DNA from: Welwitschia mirabilis
Lineage: Eukaryota
Reading direction: 5' to 3'
DNA: 36,141 bases
Assembly: GCA_051453625.1 (NCBI GenBank)
Contig: JBOZIK010000001.1
Location: forward strand, 12,771,776 to 12,807,916
Position numbers and translations under genes: made by a program. The notes beneath the pieces were generated by a model. It was not told the DNA's origin and did no database searches. It saw nothing but the letters and a program-made list of their open reading frames with translations. Below, in pieces: positions 12,933 through 25,529 of the stretch. Numbering within the stretch: position 1 is the first letter of the stretch; each line of letters opens with the position of its first letter.

Positions 12933-13988
12933 ATGACATGATCAACCTAGGAAAGAAGTATCAGAGCGAAAGTTTGTTAATAGAAGAGAACATTAGAGAA
13001 GGACTCATTAAATTTGAAATCAAATCGGAAAAACAATTTCTAGGTGCATACAATATTTCTTCTTAGTTTATTTTTTCTAAATTCGATCCCATTCAAGAAA
13101 ATTTTGTAGAAGATAATTTACAAGAAGAATATAATTTTAGAATATTGAGTACTTCACAAAAACAAAAGCAATTTATAGGGTCTTCAACCCTTGGTCCTAA
13201 TGCAAATCTTACCCTAACGGAATTAATAGGAAACAGGAAACAAGAGATTTAAAATCCTTTTGATTTACCCCCAGGAGATGACATTGACTTAAAAAACCTA
13301 AATGCCTATCCAATATTTAGTGGTGAACACAATGAGGATCCCTTCCAACACATTGCAGACATGGAACAGTTAGTTCTTACCTCAGGGAACAGAAAGAAAA
13401 GGATTAATGATCGAACATACATGGTAATATTTCTTATGACATTGAAGAAAAGAGCAAAACTTTGGTTAAAAACTATACCCCATAAAAGTTTAAAACTTTG
13501 GGAGGCAATTGTTAGAAAAAGGAAAAAGTAAGTAACAAATTTTCAATAATAACTAAATAAGGATTATGCTTCCACANNNNNNNNNNNNNNNNNNNNNNNN
13601 NNNNNNNNNNNNNNNNNNNNNNNNNNNNNNNNNNNNNNNNNNNNNNNNNNNNNNNNNNNNNNNNNNNNNNNNNNNNAAAAACTATACCCCATAAAAGTTT
13701 AAAACTTTGGGAGGCCATTGTTAGAAAAAGGAAAAAGTAAGTAATAAATTTTCAATAATAACTAAATAAGGATTATGCTTCCACATATGAACACTTATTT
13801 ATAGCAATCCACTCTAATCCAGTAGATGCTTCCACATGAGAAGAATTAGTTGACTACTTTTATAGTGGGATAAACTACCAAATAAAACAACTCCTAGACT
13901 TCTCTTGTGGTGAAAACCTTATGAACCTCACATTAGAAAATGTCTAGAAAACATTAGAAGAACTTGTAGAGGTAAGCCAAGCTTGGCC
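12933..13988 (+). pseudogene. gag: Decayed gag, copy A (truncated at the N gap)
   Basis: Retrotrans_gag-like PIFSGEHNEDPFQHIADMEQL...IFLMTLKKRAKLWLKTIPHKSLKLWE, with stops and a deletion relative to copy B. Confidence 0.75.
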
Positions 13989-14088
13989 NNNNNNNNNNNN
14001 NNNNNNNNNNNNNNNNNNNNNNNNNNNNNNNNNNNNNNNNNNNNNNNNNNNNNNNNNNNNNNNNNNNNNNNNNNNNNNNNNNNNNNNN

Positions 14089-14120
14089 TGCACCGCAACA
14101 TCTTGCGTCGTTGTCAGGGA
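14089..14120 (+). promoter_or_regulatory. Second LTR end (...GCAACA at 14100) plus tRNA-Asp-type PBS (copy B)
   Basis: TCTTGCGTCGTTGTCAGGGA followed by the same AGGCT(A/G)CTGAGGAGCAC leader as at 12371. Confidence 0.75.
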
Positions 14121-14679
14121 AGGCTACTGAGGAGCACAAGGATTGTCATCATTTAGGTGAGTAAATAGGATTTTGTTCGGTGATTTATCTATAGCAATGT
14201 TGTATTCTTGATTAGGAAGTGTAGGATTTTTGTTCACAGTTTTCAGTTTTTCGTAGTCTGTAATAACAGTTGTCGTCCTCTCTGTCGTCCTCACGACATT
14301 GGGAACAACAGCACTAGTTTTCTCAGTTTTAATTGTTGTCTGTGAGTTTTCTGAGAGTTTTCTTTCGGTTTCTGTTTCAGTAGCTAAATAATTGTCATCT
14401 TGTTCAGTGTCCCCACAACAAGGTGGACGACGGCTCTCATTCTGTTTTCGGATTATAGCTTTTGTTAGTCAGTAATAATCATTTTTTCCTCGTCCCTTGT
14501 GTCGTCGACACGACTAGAAGGACGACAGCTTATTTTTAGCTTTCGGATTTCTGCTAAAATTCTATTCTCTGCTTCTGTTTTCTACTTTTGTCGTCCGCTC
14601 TATCATCCCCATGATAGTCAGGACGACTATTAGTTATTTTTTATTTCATTTTCTATTATTTTCTATTTGCAAGAAGCTG

Positions 14680-17600
14680 TGGCATAGTCAATCCAGGAAA
14701 GAAGTATCAGAGAGAAATGCTGTTAATAGAAGAGAACATCAGAAAAGGACTGGTCGACTTCAAAATCAAATCGGAAAAACAACCTCCAAGTGGATACAAT
14801 ATTCCTTTTGAGTTTATTTTTTCTGAATCAGATCCGGTAAAAGAAAATCTTGTAGAAGATAGTTTAGAAAAAGAAGATAATTTTACAATGTCGAGTGTTG
14901 CGCAAATGCAAAAACAAGTTGTAGGGTCTTCAACCCCTGATCCTAATGCGAACCTTACCCTGAGGGAATTAATAGTAAATAGGAAATGAGAAATTCAAAC
15001 TCCTTTTGATTTACTCCCAGAAGACGATGTTGAGTTAAAAAATTTATATACCTATACCTGTCCCATCTTTACTGGTGAACATGATGAGGGTCCCCTCCAA
15101 CACATTGCGGACATAAAACAGTTAGTTCTTACCTCTGGGAACGGAAAGAAAAGGATTAGTGATCAAACATACATGGTCATTTTTCCCATGACATTGGAGG
15201 GAAGAGCAAAACTTTGGCTAAAAACTATACCCCACAAAAGTTTAAAGTCTTGGGATCAAGTCCAGGAGGCTTTCATTAAAAGATTTATGAGTAAAGCAAC
15301 CGTTAGAAAAAGAAAAAAGGAAGTAACAAATTTTCAATAACAACCAAATGAGGATTATGCTTCCACATACGAACGTTTCTTTATAGCAATCGACTCTAAC
15401 CCAGTAGACGCTTTCACACGAGAAGAATTAGTTGACTATTTTTATAGTGGGCTAAACTGCCAAACAAAACAACTCGTAGACTTCTCTTGTGGTGGAAACC
15501 TTATGAACCTCACATTAGAGAATGCCTAGAAGACATTAGAAGAACTTGTAGAGGTAAGAAGACAACCCTGTAGGAGAAATCCTTAAAGATTCGAAAGAGG
15601 TTAAACAAGAAAAGGAGGTAGAAGACAACCCTGCAAATCTGATTAGAGATTTCACAACTACTCTGGAGAAATACACTGAAATGATTTTAGATGTCAAATC
15701 AGCAGCTGAGAAGAATGTTATGCTAAAATGTGACTTATGCAAGGACAATTATCGCATTACCAAGGATTGTCTACTTTTACCAACCTATAAAGAGAAAATA
15801 CATGAAGAAGTTTGTGCTTTCAATCAAAAATTTCCAAACTTCAGAAATCAAAATTAGGCACGACCCAACAAGTTCAAAAATTTTCAAAATAATTTTTAGC
15901 CTTTCAAAAGTCAAGTTCAATATTTAGACTTCTAACCAAGTTCATCAAACTTTCAACATTCAAATGATCCCTTACAAAATTATAGATGAACTTAGGAAAT
16001 CACAAGAAAAAATGAACCCTAGCTTATAAAAGATAAATGCTAAACTTGAAAACTTAGTAGATACCCTTCAACAAACAATGTTGGAAAATCAAAGACTACA
16101 AGAATCTTTAGCAACAAAACCTCTGCCAAACCCTAATGAAATGAGAAGAGATTTTAAGGTTGTAACACAAAGTGGACAGAAAACAAGCCCTCCTTCTTGT
16201 GAAGCATCAACCTTATAAAATAACACTAGAGATGATGAGGAAGAAGAGGACATCGAAATATTAGAAAATTACAACTTCCCTATTCTTGATAAAAGTAAAA
16301 AGAAAAATTCTTCTCAAAAATTAGAAAAGCAATCAGCTACCCCTTGGCTTGATAGGCTTAACACTAATTTAACTTTCAATGAATATCTCAAAACCTTTAT
16401 GAAAAATGTGAGCATAAAATTATCTTTTTGCAAACTTTTGCAAGAAAATCTAAGGTACTCTAAGCTATAAAAAGACTTAACCAGAAGAAAATAAAAATGA
16501 GTTATTCCTAGTAAAGTCTTTTTAGCTCAATCCCTTATGAACTTAGTGTTATAAAAATATCCAAAATTTAAAGATCTAAGGGCATCAATGGTGATGTTAC
16601 ATTAGAGAGAAACAAAAGTATCAGGAGAGCTTTAGCCGACATTGGAATAAGCATTAATATCATGCCATTTAACATTTGTTAGAGACTTGGTTTAGAAGAT
16701 AGAATAGAGCCCACTCAGATTATCTTAGAGTTAGTAGATACTTTAGTTAAGAAACTCTTAGGGGTCATCAAAGATTTAGTGATCTAAATTAAAGAGACAT
16801 GCTATCCAGTAGATGTGGTTGTCATAGAGGTTAAACATAGTGGAGATTATCTATTACTTCTAGGATGATTCTTCTATGCAACAGCTCATTGCATTATTAA
16901 CACAAGAACTGAGACGATGAAGTATCACCTAAGAAACATAAAGTTTTCAATTAGAGTGTTTAATGCAGCTGACAAAAAACTAGGTGACAAATGGGACATA
17001 GAAATAAAATCAAACCAACTTTATTCCTTCAACATCGTCCCCTAGAAGAAAGATGGTTGACATTACACAAACCCACACATTATGATGATCCACTTGAGGT
17101 TAAGAACTTAGAAAAATTCATTAAATCCAACTTTAGACATGAACTTTTACATCAAAATGAAGAAATGGAACCCTTAAATGGCAAGGAAGTCCAACTATTA
17201 AATGAAAACTCGTACTTTGATGGAGATCATCCATTATATAAGCCAGAAACTGAAAATTTTAGTTTGAATCTTAAAAATATTCCTAGTGGATTAAAATGTA
17301 TTTTTCTTTGTAATGATCGAAACAAACCTCTTATAATCAATGAAAATTTTTCCCCTAAATAATAATCAATATTAATCTCCCTTTTGACTTCCAAAATTCA
17401 TGCTTTTACTTGGTCTCATGGAGATTTATCTACTCTTCTCCTTATATTTTTTAACATAAAATCTATCTTGAGGCAAATGCAAAACTTATTAGAAAACCAT
17501 AAGGAAGATTAAATCTAGCACTTAAACAAGTAATTAAATATGAAATCATTAAGTTAATGGATGTTGAAATCATTTATGCTATATTAGATAGTAAATGGAT

Positions 17601-20268
17601 AAGTTCCTTACTATAGTGCCAAAAAAGAGTGGGAAATGGGGAGTCTACATAGATTTTAGAAAATTGAATGAAGTCACAAGGAATATTAATTGTCCTCTCC
17701 ACTTCCTCGACTAAATACTTGATAGAATTTAGGGACATTCTTTCTATTACCTTTTAGATGGATATAACGGTTATAACCAACTTTGCATAGCTAGCAAAGA
17801 TCAAACCAAAACCACTTTTATTTTGACATTTGGGATGTTTTCTTTTAGATAAATGCCTTTTCATTTATGTAACGCTCCTCAAAATTTTCAACATGCTAAG
17901 ATGGACATATTTCCAAACATGTTAGAGGATTCAATAGAAATCTTTATGGATGACTTTTTTATCTTTGAAAAAACCTTTGATCAAACCTTAGAAAGAGTAG
18001 AAAAATTCCTTGATAGATGCATAGAATGTGGTCTTCACTTAAGTTAGGAAAAGAGTTTTCTTAGTTAAAAGTGAAATTATTCTAGGCCACCATATTTCTC
18101 AAAGAGGAATTAAGATGGACCCTAAGAAAGTTCGTATCATTCAACACTTAACTCCTCTAACCAATGTTAAACAACTCTGATCTTTTCTTGGAAATTATGG
18201 TTTTTATCGCTGTTTCATACATGATTATGCTAAAATCAGTAAATCCCTACACTCATTACTAGAAAAAGAAGTCAAATTTTATTGGAATACATCTTGCTAG
18301 CTTTCTTTTGATAAACTCAAACATAAACTCTCTTATGCTACTATTGTAACAAGATCTGATTGGAAGAAATATTTTGAGTTAATGTGCGATGCTAGTAATT
18401 TTGCTATAGGTGGGGTGCTTAGGCAAAAATTAAAAAAAATGAGTTTAAAGTCATATCTTACCATGGTAAAACATTGTCTAAAGCTCAAGCGTGCTATTCA
18501 ACTACTGAAAGAGAAATGTTAGCCATAATATTTTGCCTCCAAAATCTTAGACATTATTTTTTAGGCTTGTTTACATGGACCGTGTGGTGATTAAACACCT
18601 GATGAATAAGAAATATTCTAGCACTAGGTTAATTAGATGGATCCTCTTAATGAAAAAATTTAACTTCACTATCATAGATAAAGCAAAAAAACATAACAAT
18701 GTGGCAGATCACTTATCATGCCTTACTTCTTCTTCTGATGATCTTCTTATTAATTATTCTTTTTCAAATGAACAATTATTTGTTGTATCTTTTACTCATC
18801 CACCTCCATGGTATGTAGATGTCATTAGCTATCTTATCAATTTGAAAACACCACAAAAGTGGAGTCACAATCAAAGAAAACCTTTTCTCCATAGAATAGG
18901 TAACTATGAGTGGATAGCACCCTATCTTTATTGTAGATGTAAGGATTAAATTATGAGAAAATGTATACTAGAATGGGAGAAACTTAATATCCTTTGCATT
19001 TATCATGGTGATATTTGTGGTGAACACTCTAATGGTCAGAAAATAATTATGAAATTATCCACTACACATTCTATTGGCCTAGTCTTTTTCAAGGCTCTTT
19101 TGAGTATGCTAGAAGGTGAGATGCATGTCAACATTTTATCAGTAGTTTACGATCAAAGGAAATTATCCTCAAATATATTATTGAGTGTGTACCTCTTGAC
19201 TATTAGGGGATTATGTTCATAGGTCTAATCAAACCACCTTATAAAGACAAAAACTACATCTTAGTGGCTATGGGTTATGTGACTGAATGGGTTGAAGTAG
19301 TTCCTACTTTCTTAAATGATGCTCAAATCATTTGTAACTTTGTTAGAACTTAAAATTTTTCAACGTTTATGTTTTCCTTAAATGATGCCCAAACCATGTA
19401 GCTTTTGCTTAATACCCTCAAACCAATGGACAATCTAAAAATGCTAATAGAGAAATTAAAAAGATGCTTTAAAAGCTTGTCTCTTCTAATAAGAAGTCAT
19501 GGGATTTTAAACTGAATGATGTTCTTTGGGCTTACTGTACCACTTGGCATAATTCACTTGGTTTTTTACCTTATAAACTTGTATACAGTAAAGTCTATGT
19601 TTTACCTGTTGATGCTTGTTACAATTCTTATTATTCTATACATCAACTTAATCTTGTGAACTTAGAAGAAAACCTTAAAACTTGTTTAGCTCAATTGGAT
19701 CATCTAGATGAAAAACAAACTCAAGCTATTCATTTTCAACTTATTCATAAATCCCAAAATAAGTTCAAGCATGATAAAGTATTTATTCATAAGGACTTTG
19801 TACTTGGTCAACTTGTCTTGTTATATAATACTAGAGTACATCTTCTACACAACAAGTTAACTTTAACATGGTTAGGTCCTTACCTTATTGAAAAAGTACA
19901 TTTTAATGGTTCTGTTAAAATTTCTGACTTAACCACTAAAGAAATTCAGAAAGTTAATGGACAAAGGTTGAAAATATATAAGAAATCTTCTAATATAAAC
20001 ATGANNNNNNNNNNNNNNNNNNNNNNNNNNNNNNNNNNNNNNNNNNNNNNNNNNNNNNNNNNNNNNNNNNNNNNNNNNNNNNNNNNNNNNNNNNNNNNNN
20101 NNNNCTAATAGCTCAGTTGAAATTTTTGACTTAACCACTAAATAAATTCAGAAAGTTAATGGACAAAGGTTGAAAATATATAAGAAATCTTCTAATATAA
20201 ACATGATAGAAGTACTAGAATTAGAGGTTCTCCTTGATGAGGAGGACTTCTTTCCTACCATTGTTTGA
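14680..20268 (+). pseudogene. gag-pol: Decayed gag-pol of Athila-like copy B (gag, protease, RT, RNase H, integrase)
   Basis: gag FPMTLEGRAKLWL; knuckle-like CDLCKDN...C (~15729); protease ALADIGISINIMP (16629); RT IDFRKLN, LDGYNGYNQ, MPFHLCNAP, IFMDDF; RNase H FELMCDASNFAIG; integrase PQTNGQ...NREIK and GPY/F module WLGPY...VNGQRLKIY. Many stops and frameshifts. Confidence 0.92.
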
Positions 20269-20392
20269 ATTTTCTCTTTGCTTTTTCCTTTGGAGGCCAT
20301 TATAACATCACTTAATCATTTTTCAAACATGACTTATGTATTTATTTTCAGGACTAGCCTTTGACTTAGGCATTTTGTAGTGGTAAGATTGG

Positions 20393-22739
20393 ATCCATCT
20401 AATCTTAAAATATTTACACAACTATGACTTCAGTTTGAGGGTAGATGTTTTATTTTTGATGTTTTTCTCAATGATGAAAAGGTCTTAGGTTGTTTAAGGA
20501 TGTTTTTTCTTGTCTTTTATCTTATGACTTTACCTTTGTCCTTTGGAGTGTTTCATCATGTGGAATGTTTTCAATTGTGCATTTTAAAAAAAGCAAGAAA
20601 AAAAAAACAAAAAAAAAAAAACAAAAAAAGAGTGTGGAAATAAGACCATGATGTTTTATATTTGAGATAGCTCAAAAAAATGGTCACGATGATGTCCTAC
20701 TGCAAGTACACTGGGGCAAATTTTCCCAGAGGAGCTTTTAGCAGTGTAATATGGTAGCTTTGGGAACTACACTAGGGGTTCAGTTGGCCATGCTTTATAG
20801 GTCCTTACTTATATGACTGTTGTTATACTCCTCTCATCTTGGATACTTAGATAATAAAATAAAACTTAGAGGTTACAAGATTAGTAATTTTCCCAATGTA
20901 ATCAAAGGCACTGCTTTTTTCTTAGACTCTTAGTCTTTCCACATAATCATTTCATTTCTAAAGATTTAGGTGTTTTTTTTAAGATGTAGATAAATGAGTT
21001 TATTTTTGAGCAACTCTTTAATCTTATCATTTATTGTTTTAAGCATTCGATTTTTAGTGTCATCATAATCACCACCTGATCGAATGGAATTTTTCTATAT
21101 CAAGTCATGCATTTTTAAATCAAGTGATGTTATGATTTATTCCACGGGAGTTTGCTAGGTTAAAATTTAGGGTAGGTAGGCTATCTTCTTTATGTTTCCT
21201 TATTCTGATTCTTTTTGTTTTCTTTCATGGTTCAGTTAGTTGTTTCAAAGTTATTTCCATATTTTCTTATCATTTTAGGACCTTAACATTTAATAGTTTT
21301 CTTGTCTAGTTTTCAAGAAAGAGTTCATTTCTTGCTTAGATGAGTTTCCTTAATAACTTTTATGATGTTTCCTTTTAATCTTTTGGATTTCTAAATACTA
21401 CTCTTAATTATTTTATAATATCACATTTGTTGGACATTCATGGAGCTGCTTCATCCTAATTAGTACATTTCCATTGATTACTTTTTTCATGCTTGTCAGA
21501 GCATTTTATACATTTCTATTTTTCAAATCTANNNNNNNNNNNNNNNNNNNNNNNNNNNNNNNNNNNNNNNNNNNNNNNNNNNNNNNNNNNNNNNNNNNNN
21601 NNNNNNNNNNNNNNNNNNNNNNNNNNNNNNNTCACCCAATCTTAAGACATTCACACATCCATGAACTTCAGTTTGAAGGGAGATGGTTTATTTTTTTAAT
21701 GTTTTTCTTAATGATGAAGAGGTCTTAGATTTTTTAAGGGTGTTCTTTTCTATCTTTTATCTTATGACTTCGCCATTGTCTTTTAGAGAGTTTGGTCATG
21801 TGAAATATTTTCATTTGTAGAAAAAAACTAAAAATAAAAAAAAAAATAAAATAAGATCATGATGTTTTATATTTGATAGCTAAAAAACATAGTCACTATG
21901 ATGTCCTCTTATAAGTACACTAGGGCAAATTTTCCTAAGAGGGGCCTTTGGTATTGTAATATGGTAGCTGTGCGAACTCCACTAGGGGTTTAGTTCATCA
22001 TGCTTCATGAGTCCTTCTCTAACTGTGGTTGCACTACTTTCATCATGAATATTTAAATAATAAAATAGTAAAACTTGGAGTCTATAAGACTAGTGATGTT
22101 CTTGGTATAATCAAAGGCATTACTTGTTTCCTAGACTCTTAATCTTTCCACATAATCATTTTATTTCTAAGGATTCAGGTGTTTATTTTGAGATGTAGGC
22201 AAGTGAGTTCATTTTTGAACAGCTCATTGATCTTATCACTTATTGTTTAAAACATTTAATTTTTGGCATCATCATAATCACTACCTTATCAAACGAAATT
22301 TTTTATACATCAAGTCATGCATTTTAAAACTAAGTGATGTTATGATTTCTTTCATGGAAGTCTTCTAGATTAAAATTTAGGGTAGGTAGGCTATCTTCTT
22401 TATGTTGCTTTATGTCCATTCTTTTGGTCTTCTTTCATGATTTAGTTAGTTGTTTCAAACTCATTTCCATATTTTATTATCATTTTAGAACCTTAACATT
22501 TAATGGCTTTCTTGTCTAGTTTTCAATAAAGAGTTGATTTCTTGCTTAGATGAGTTTCCTTAACAATTTTATGATGTTTCGTTTTAGTCTTTTAAAGTTT
22601 TAAACATTACTCTTAATCATTCTATGATGGCACATTTATTGGGTATTCATGGATCTGCTTTATCCTAATTAGTACATTTTTACTAACTCCTTTTCCCATG
22701 ATTTTTAGAATATTTCATACATATCTATTTTTCAAATTT
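20393..22739 (+). repeat. Two diverged copies of the ~1.1-kb 3' non-coding region (20393-21531 and 21632-22739)
   Basis: Collinear blocks, e.g. AAATTTAGGGTAGGTAGGCTATCTTCTTTATGTT and TTTCTTGCTTAGATGAGTTTCCTTAA, are present in both copies with many substitutions. A 100-N gap separates them. Confidence 0.88.
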
Positions 22740-23115
22740 GACATTTTCATACTTAGGTTTACACTTAATTTAGAGAATTTTCCAAATTTAAAAACATCCA
22801 TCGTAAACCTTCTCACTTCCATCTACTTTCTTTATAAACTAATATAGAACATATTATTTTTCTTAGGAGAGAGGAGGAATTAGGATTCATTTTCATGGTT
22901 CATTTTCATAAATTTTCAAGTTATTTTAGAGCTTTCATAAGACATAATTTTGAAATTTTCACTTCATACATATGATGCGTTACATTGTATTTTGATATGT
23001 TATGTTTTATAGATTATTTATGAGCCTATTTTATAATTTCACATTGATTTTTTAAGATAATTTGGCTTGTAATTGTAGTTGTTTATCTGGTTTTTATTAG
23101 GGACTGACAACGGCT

Positions 23116-23126
23116 AAGTGGGAGGC
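23116..23126 (+). promoter_or_regulatory. Polypurine tract of the Athila-like element
   Basis: AAGTGGGAGGC lies just before the TG of the 3' LTR. Confidence 0.65.
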
Positions 23127-23128
23127 TA

Positions 23129-23668
23129 TGATGTAATGTCAAATTGTATATATTTGATGGGGTGTTATAAACTATTTTGCAGGATATTTATATAGGGTTA
23201 GATGCAATTCTGAGAATTATAGAGAATGGATGGAAGGTCTCAGAAATGTGAAATTCTTATCATGATTAGAGGTATTTAAAGTACATTTTGATACACATAG
23301 ATTTGAAGGGAGATTACTGATGAAAAAGACTAGCTTCTCCTAAGCTAGAAGGACAAAGAATATGGTCATCCCCTCTATCATCCCGACACTGTAGATGCCA
23401 CATTGGATGCTGAAATGGACTGTAGCTAACATCGCTGAGTCATCTATTATAAAGGGCCGTTATCCCCATGATTATTACCATGACATCTAGAATGATGATT
23501 GTAATGTTTGATCTATCATTCACTTGGTCATCCTCATGATAGCTAGGATGCCACTTGTAACTACTAACTGACCTTTATCCATTTCATCTATTTCATTTCT
23601 ATAATTGAGTGCATTTGTAGTGTCTTTTATGCATCTATTTTACTTTGTAACCCTATAAAGAAGACCCT
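23129..23668 (+). repeat. 3' LTR of the Athila-like element, 5' portion only
   Basis: Aligns to 11227-~11785. Homology stops just after TTGTAACCCTATAAA. Confidence 0.88.
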
Positions 23669-24942
23669 TAAAGTACATATCACTCCTAGAAGGGGGTGAA
23701 TAGGTCATAATAAAATATTTGTCCACCTTGAAGACCTATAAATAAAAAGTAAATACACCACCAAAAAATCATAGAATGTTTTTAATGATGGATAGTCACC
23801 ACCTTCAGCTCTTAAACACCATGTCTCTAACTAGTATAGATTAACCTTAAAGGTTGATTTTCAGACTCACCAAAAACCTATACAATCACCAATGGATTTT
23901 AGAGATAATCCACAATGACATAAGAATGGATTTAAGCAAGGTGCACAAATGCACAGTTATGATCCATAGGTATGAAATGCAAAGCAACCTATTGATAAGC
24001 TAGATATGAAGAAGAGAGAAAATCCAAGAGAAATCTGATCTCATAATATTTCAAGTACAGTGCATACAGAACTTGTAACAATGATAGATGTATTGTTTCT
24101 ATTAACAAAAGCAATTACCGTCACTATTGAGAAGAAAGTACTAAAATAGAGCAACTAAAAAATAGTCATTCAAAGAGCAAAAGTAGATCATTGGAAACTG
24201 GTTTTGCCTTTTTTAGATAAACTGTGAAAGTACAATGGTTATATTTAGAACATGTTACATCAACCTCATCAGAACTTAAATCATCTTATTTTTCAGTTGC
24301 CCTTACCATTTTATTAGGTCATCCTTTCTTGATTCAGATTTGATAGTCTACTACTTAGGTTTCCATTCCAAAAATGTTAGGTTGCCCTTGCCAAATTCAA
24401 TTTTGATAGTGCTACTTTAGAACATTTGGTCACCCTTCCATAGATAGGGGATTGACCTTATTACAGTCACCCTTACTTGAAATGTTGGTCAACCTCTTTA
24501 GGGTTGTTTCTTATTTGGGTAGTAAGTGGTCACTGTTACTCATATCTTTGGTTACCTTCACTATTAGTGGGCTGAAACTAGTTAAATGCAGTTCAATTGA
24601 CCTTGACTAGATTATCAGTTACCCTCTGTTGTCTCAGTCTACAACCGGTTTAACAGTTAGTTATCCCACATGATATACATAGTCACCTATGCTGGAACTG
24701 GTCTTAATCTAATTAGCAATTTGGTTACCCCAACATGGAATCACAGTCACTCAATCCTAAAGCAGTTTAACCTTACTAATAGTCTAGTTACCCGATCACT
24801 CATATGTTACTTTAGTGTATATTCAAATAATAGGTCAGTCACCCAGATATTTTTAGAGATCACTCGGTGTTGGAAAATATCTGCAAATAACTAATTCCAC
24901 AAAAACTCATTTATTGATCAATAATAATATGTTCTTTTAACA
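23669..24942 (-). mobile_element. 3' LTR of a minus-strand Sirevirus-type copia element (different family from the plus-strand one)
   Basis: On the minus strand, PPT AAAGGGGGATTT is followed by TGTTAAAAG at 24942. The C-rich terminus CCTATTCACCCCCTTCTAGG is at ~23706-23687. The LTR carries a (G/A)GT(C/T)ACCC motif array. Confidence 0.8.
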
Positions 24943-25002
24943 AAATCCCCCTTTGTCATTGATTGAGGAAAAACAATACTTTAAAATGTGTGCTCCCCTT
25001 TA
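24943..25002 (-). promoter_or_regulatory. Multiple PPT region of the minus-strand SIRE element
   Basis: Plus-strand TCCCCCTTT (24946-24954) and GCTCCCCTTT (~24992-25001). Multiple PPTs are a Sirevirus hallmark. Confidence 0.7.
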
Positions 25003-25031
25003 ATTAAATAAATTGGCAACCAAGTTAAATT

Positions 25032-25429
25032 TGTTAAGATTATGTTTTGCTAATTGATATCAAACTAATGTTTTCTATGTAGCAAATTTTGTTATCTTGT
25101 GCAAAATATATTAGTCACTTGTAGATTTAAAAATGAAGCCAAAACCATCAAATTCTGATCACTAGAAATCTGTCAAGTTCATTTACCCTTTTGAGGGATG
25201 ACTAAACTTTTAAGAGGTCGATCGCACCTGGAATAGACACTTAGAAATTGAACTAAATTTAGAGGAGTCAATTGGGTTTCTGATGGGGTATACTAGAGCT
25301 TTATGGAGTCAACCAGATTTATGGACCTAGTAATAATATCCCTTAACTAAATGATAAGAAGTCGACTAGACCTATGATGATGTCGACCAGATCTGTGAAC
25401 CTGAGAACAATACTCCTGAATTGAGTGTT
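25032..25429 (+). repeat. LTR1 (5' portion, runs into the N gap)
   Basis: TGTTAAGATTATGTTTTG... is collinear with 34331 onward. Confidence 0.88.
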
Positions 25430-25529
25430 NNNNNNNNNNNNNNNNNNNNNNNNNNNNNNNNNNNNNNNNNNNNNNNNNNNNNNNNNNNNNNNNNNNNNNN
25501 NNNNNNNNNNNNNNNNNNNNNNNNNNNNN

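Larger units (their letters stand above)
11227..23668 (+). mobile_element. Athila-like Ty3/gypsy retrotransposon composite (probably two same-family copies); 3' LTR interrupted
   Basis: Homologous LTRs start TGATGCGATGCC (11227) and TGATGTAATGTC (23129). Has a tRNA-Asp-type PBS, gag-PR-RT-RH-IN domain order and a PPT. Confidence 0.9.

Noticed and set aside
13472-13785. Near-identical ~105-bp duplication flanking an N gap
   Set aside because: The copies abut a 100-N gap and differ at only a few bases. This is typical of unmerged contig overlap, not biology.
19905-20205. Duplicated integrase C-terminus across an N gap
   Set aside because: Same gap-flanking overlap pattern.
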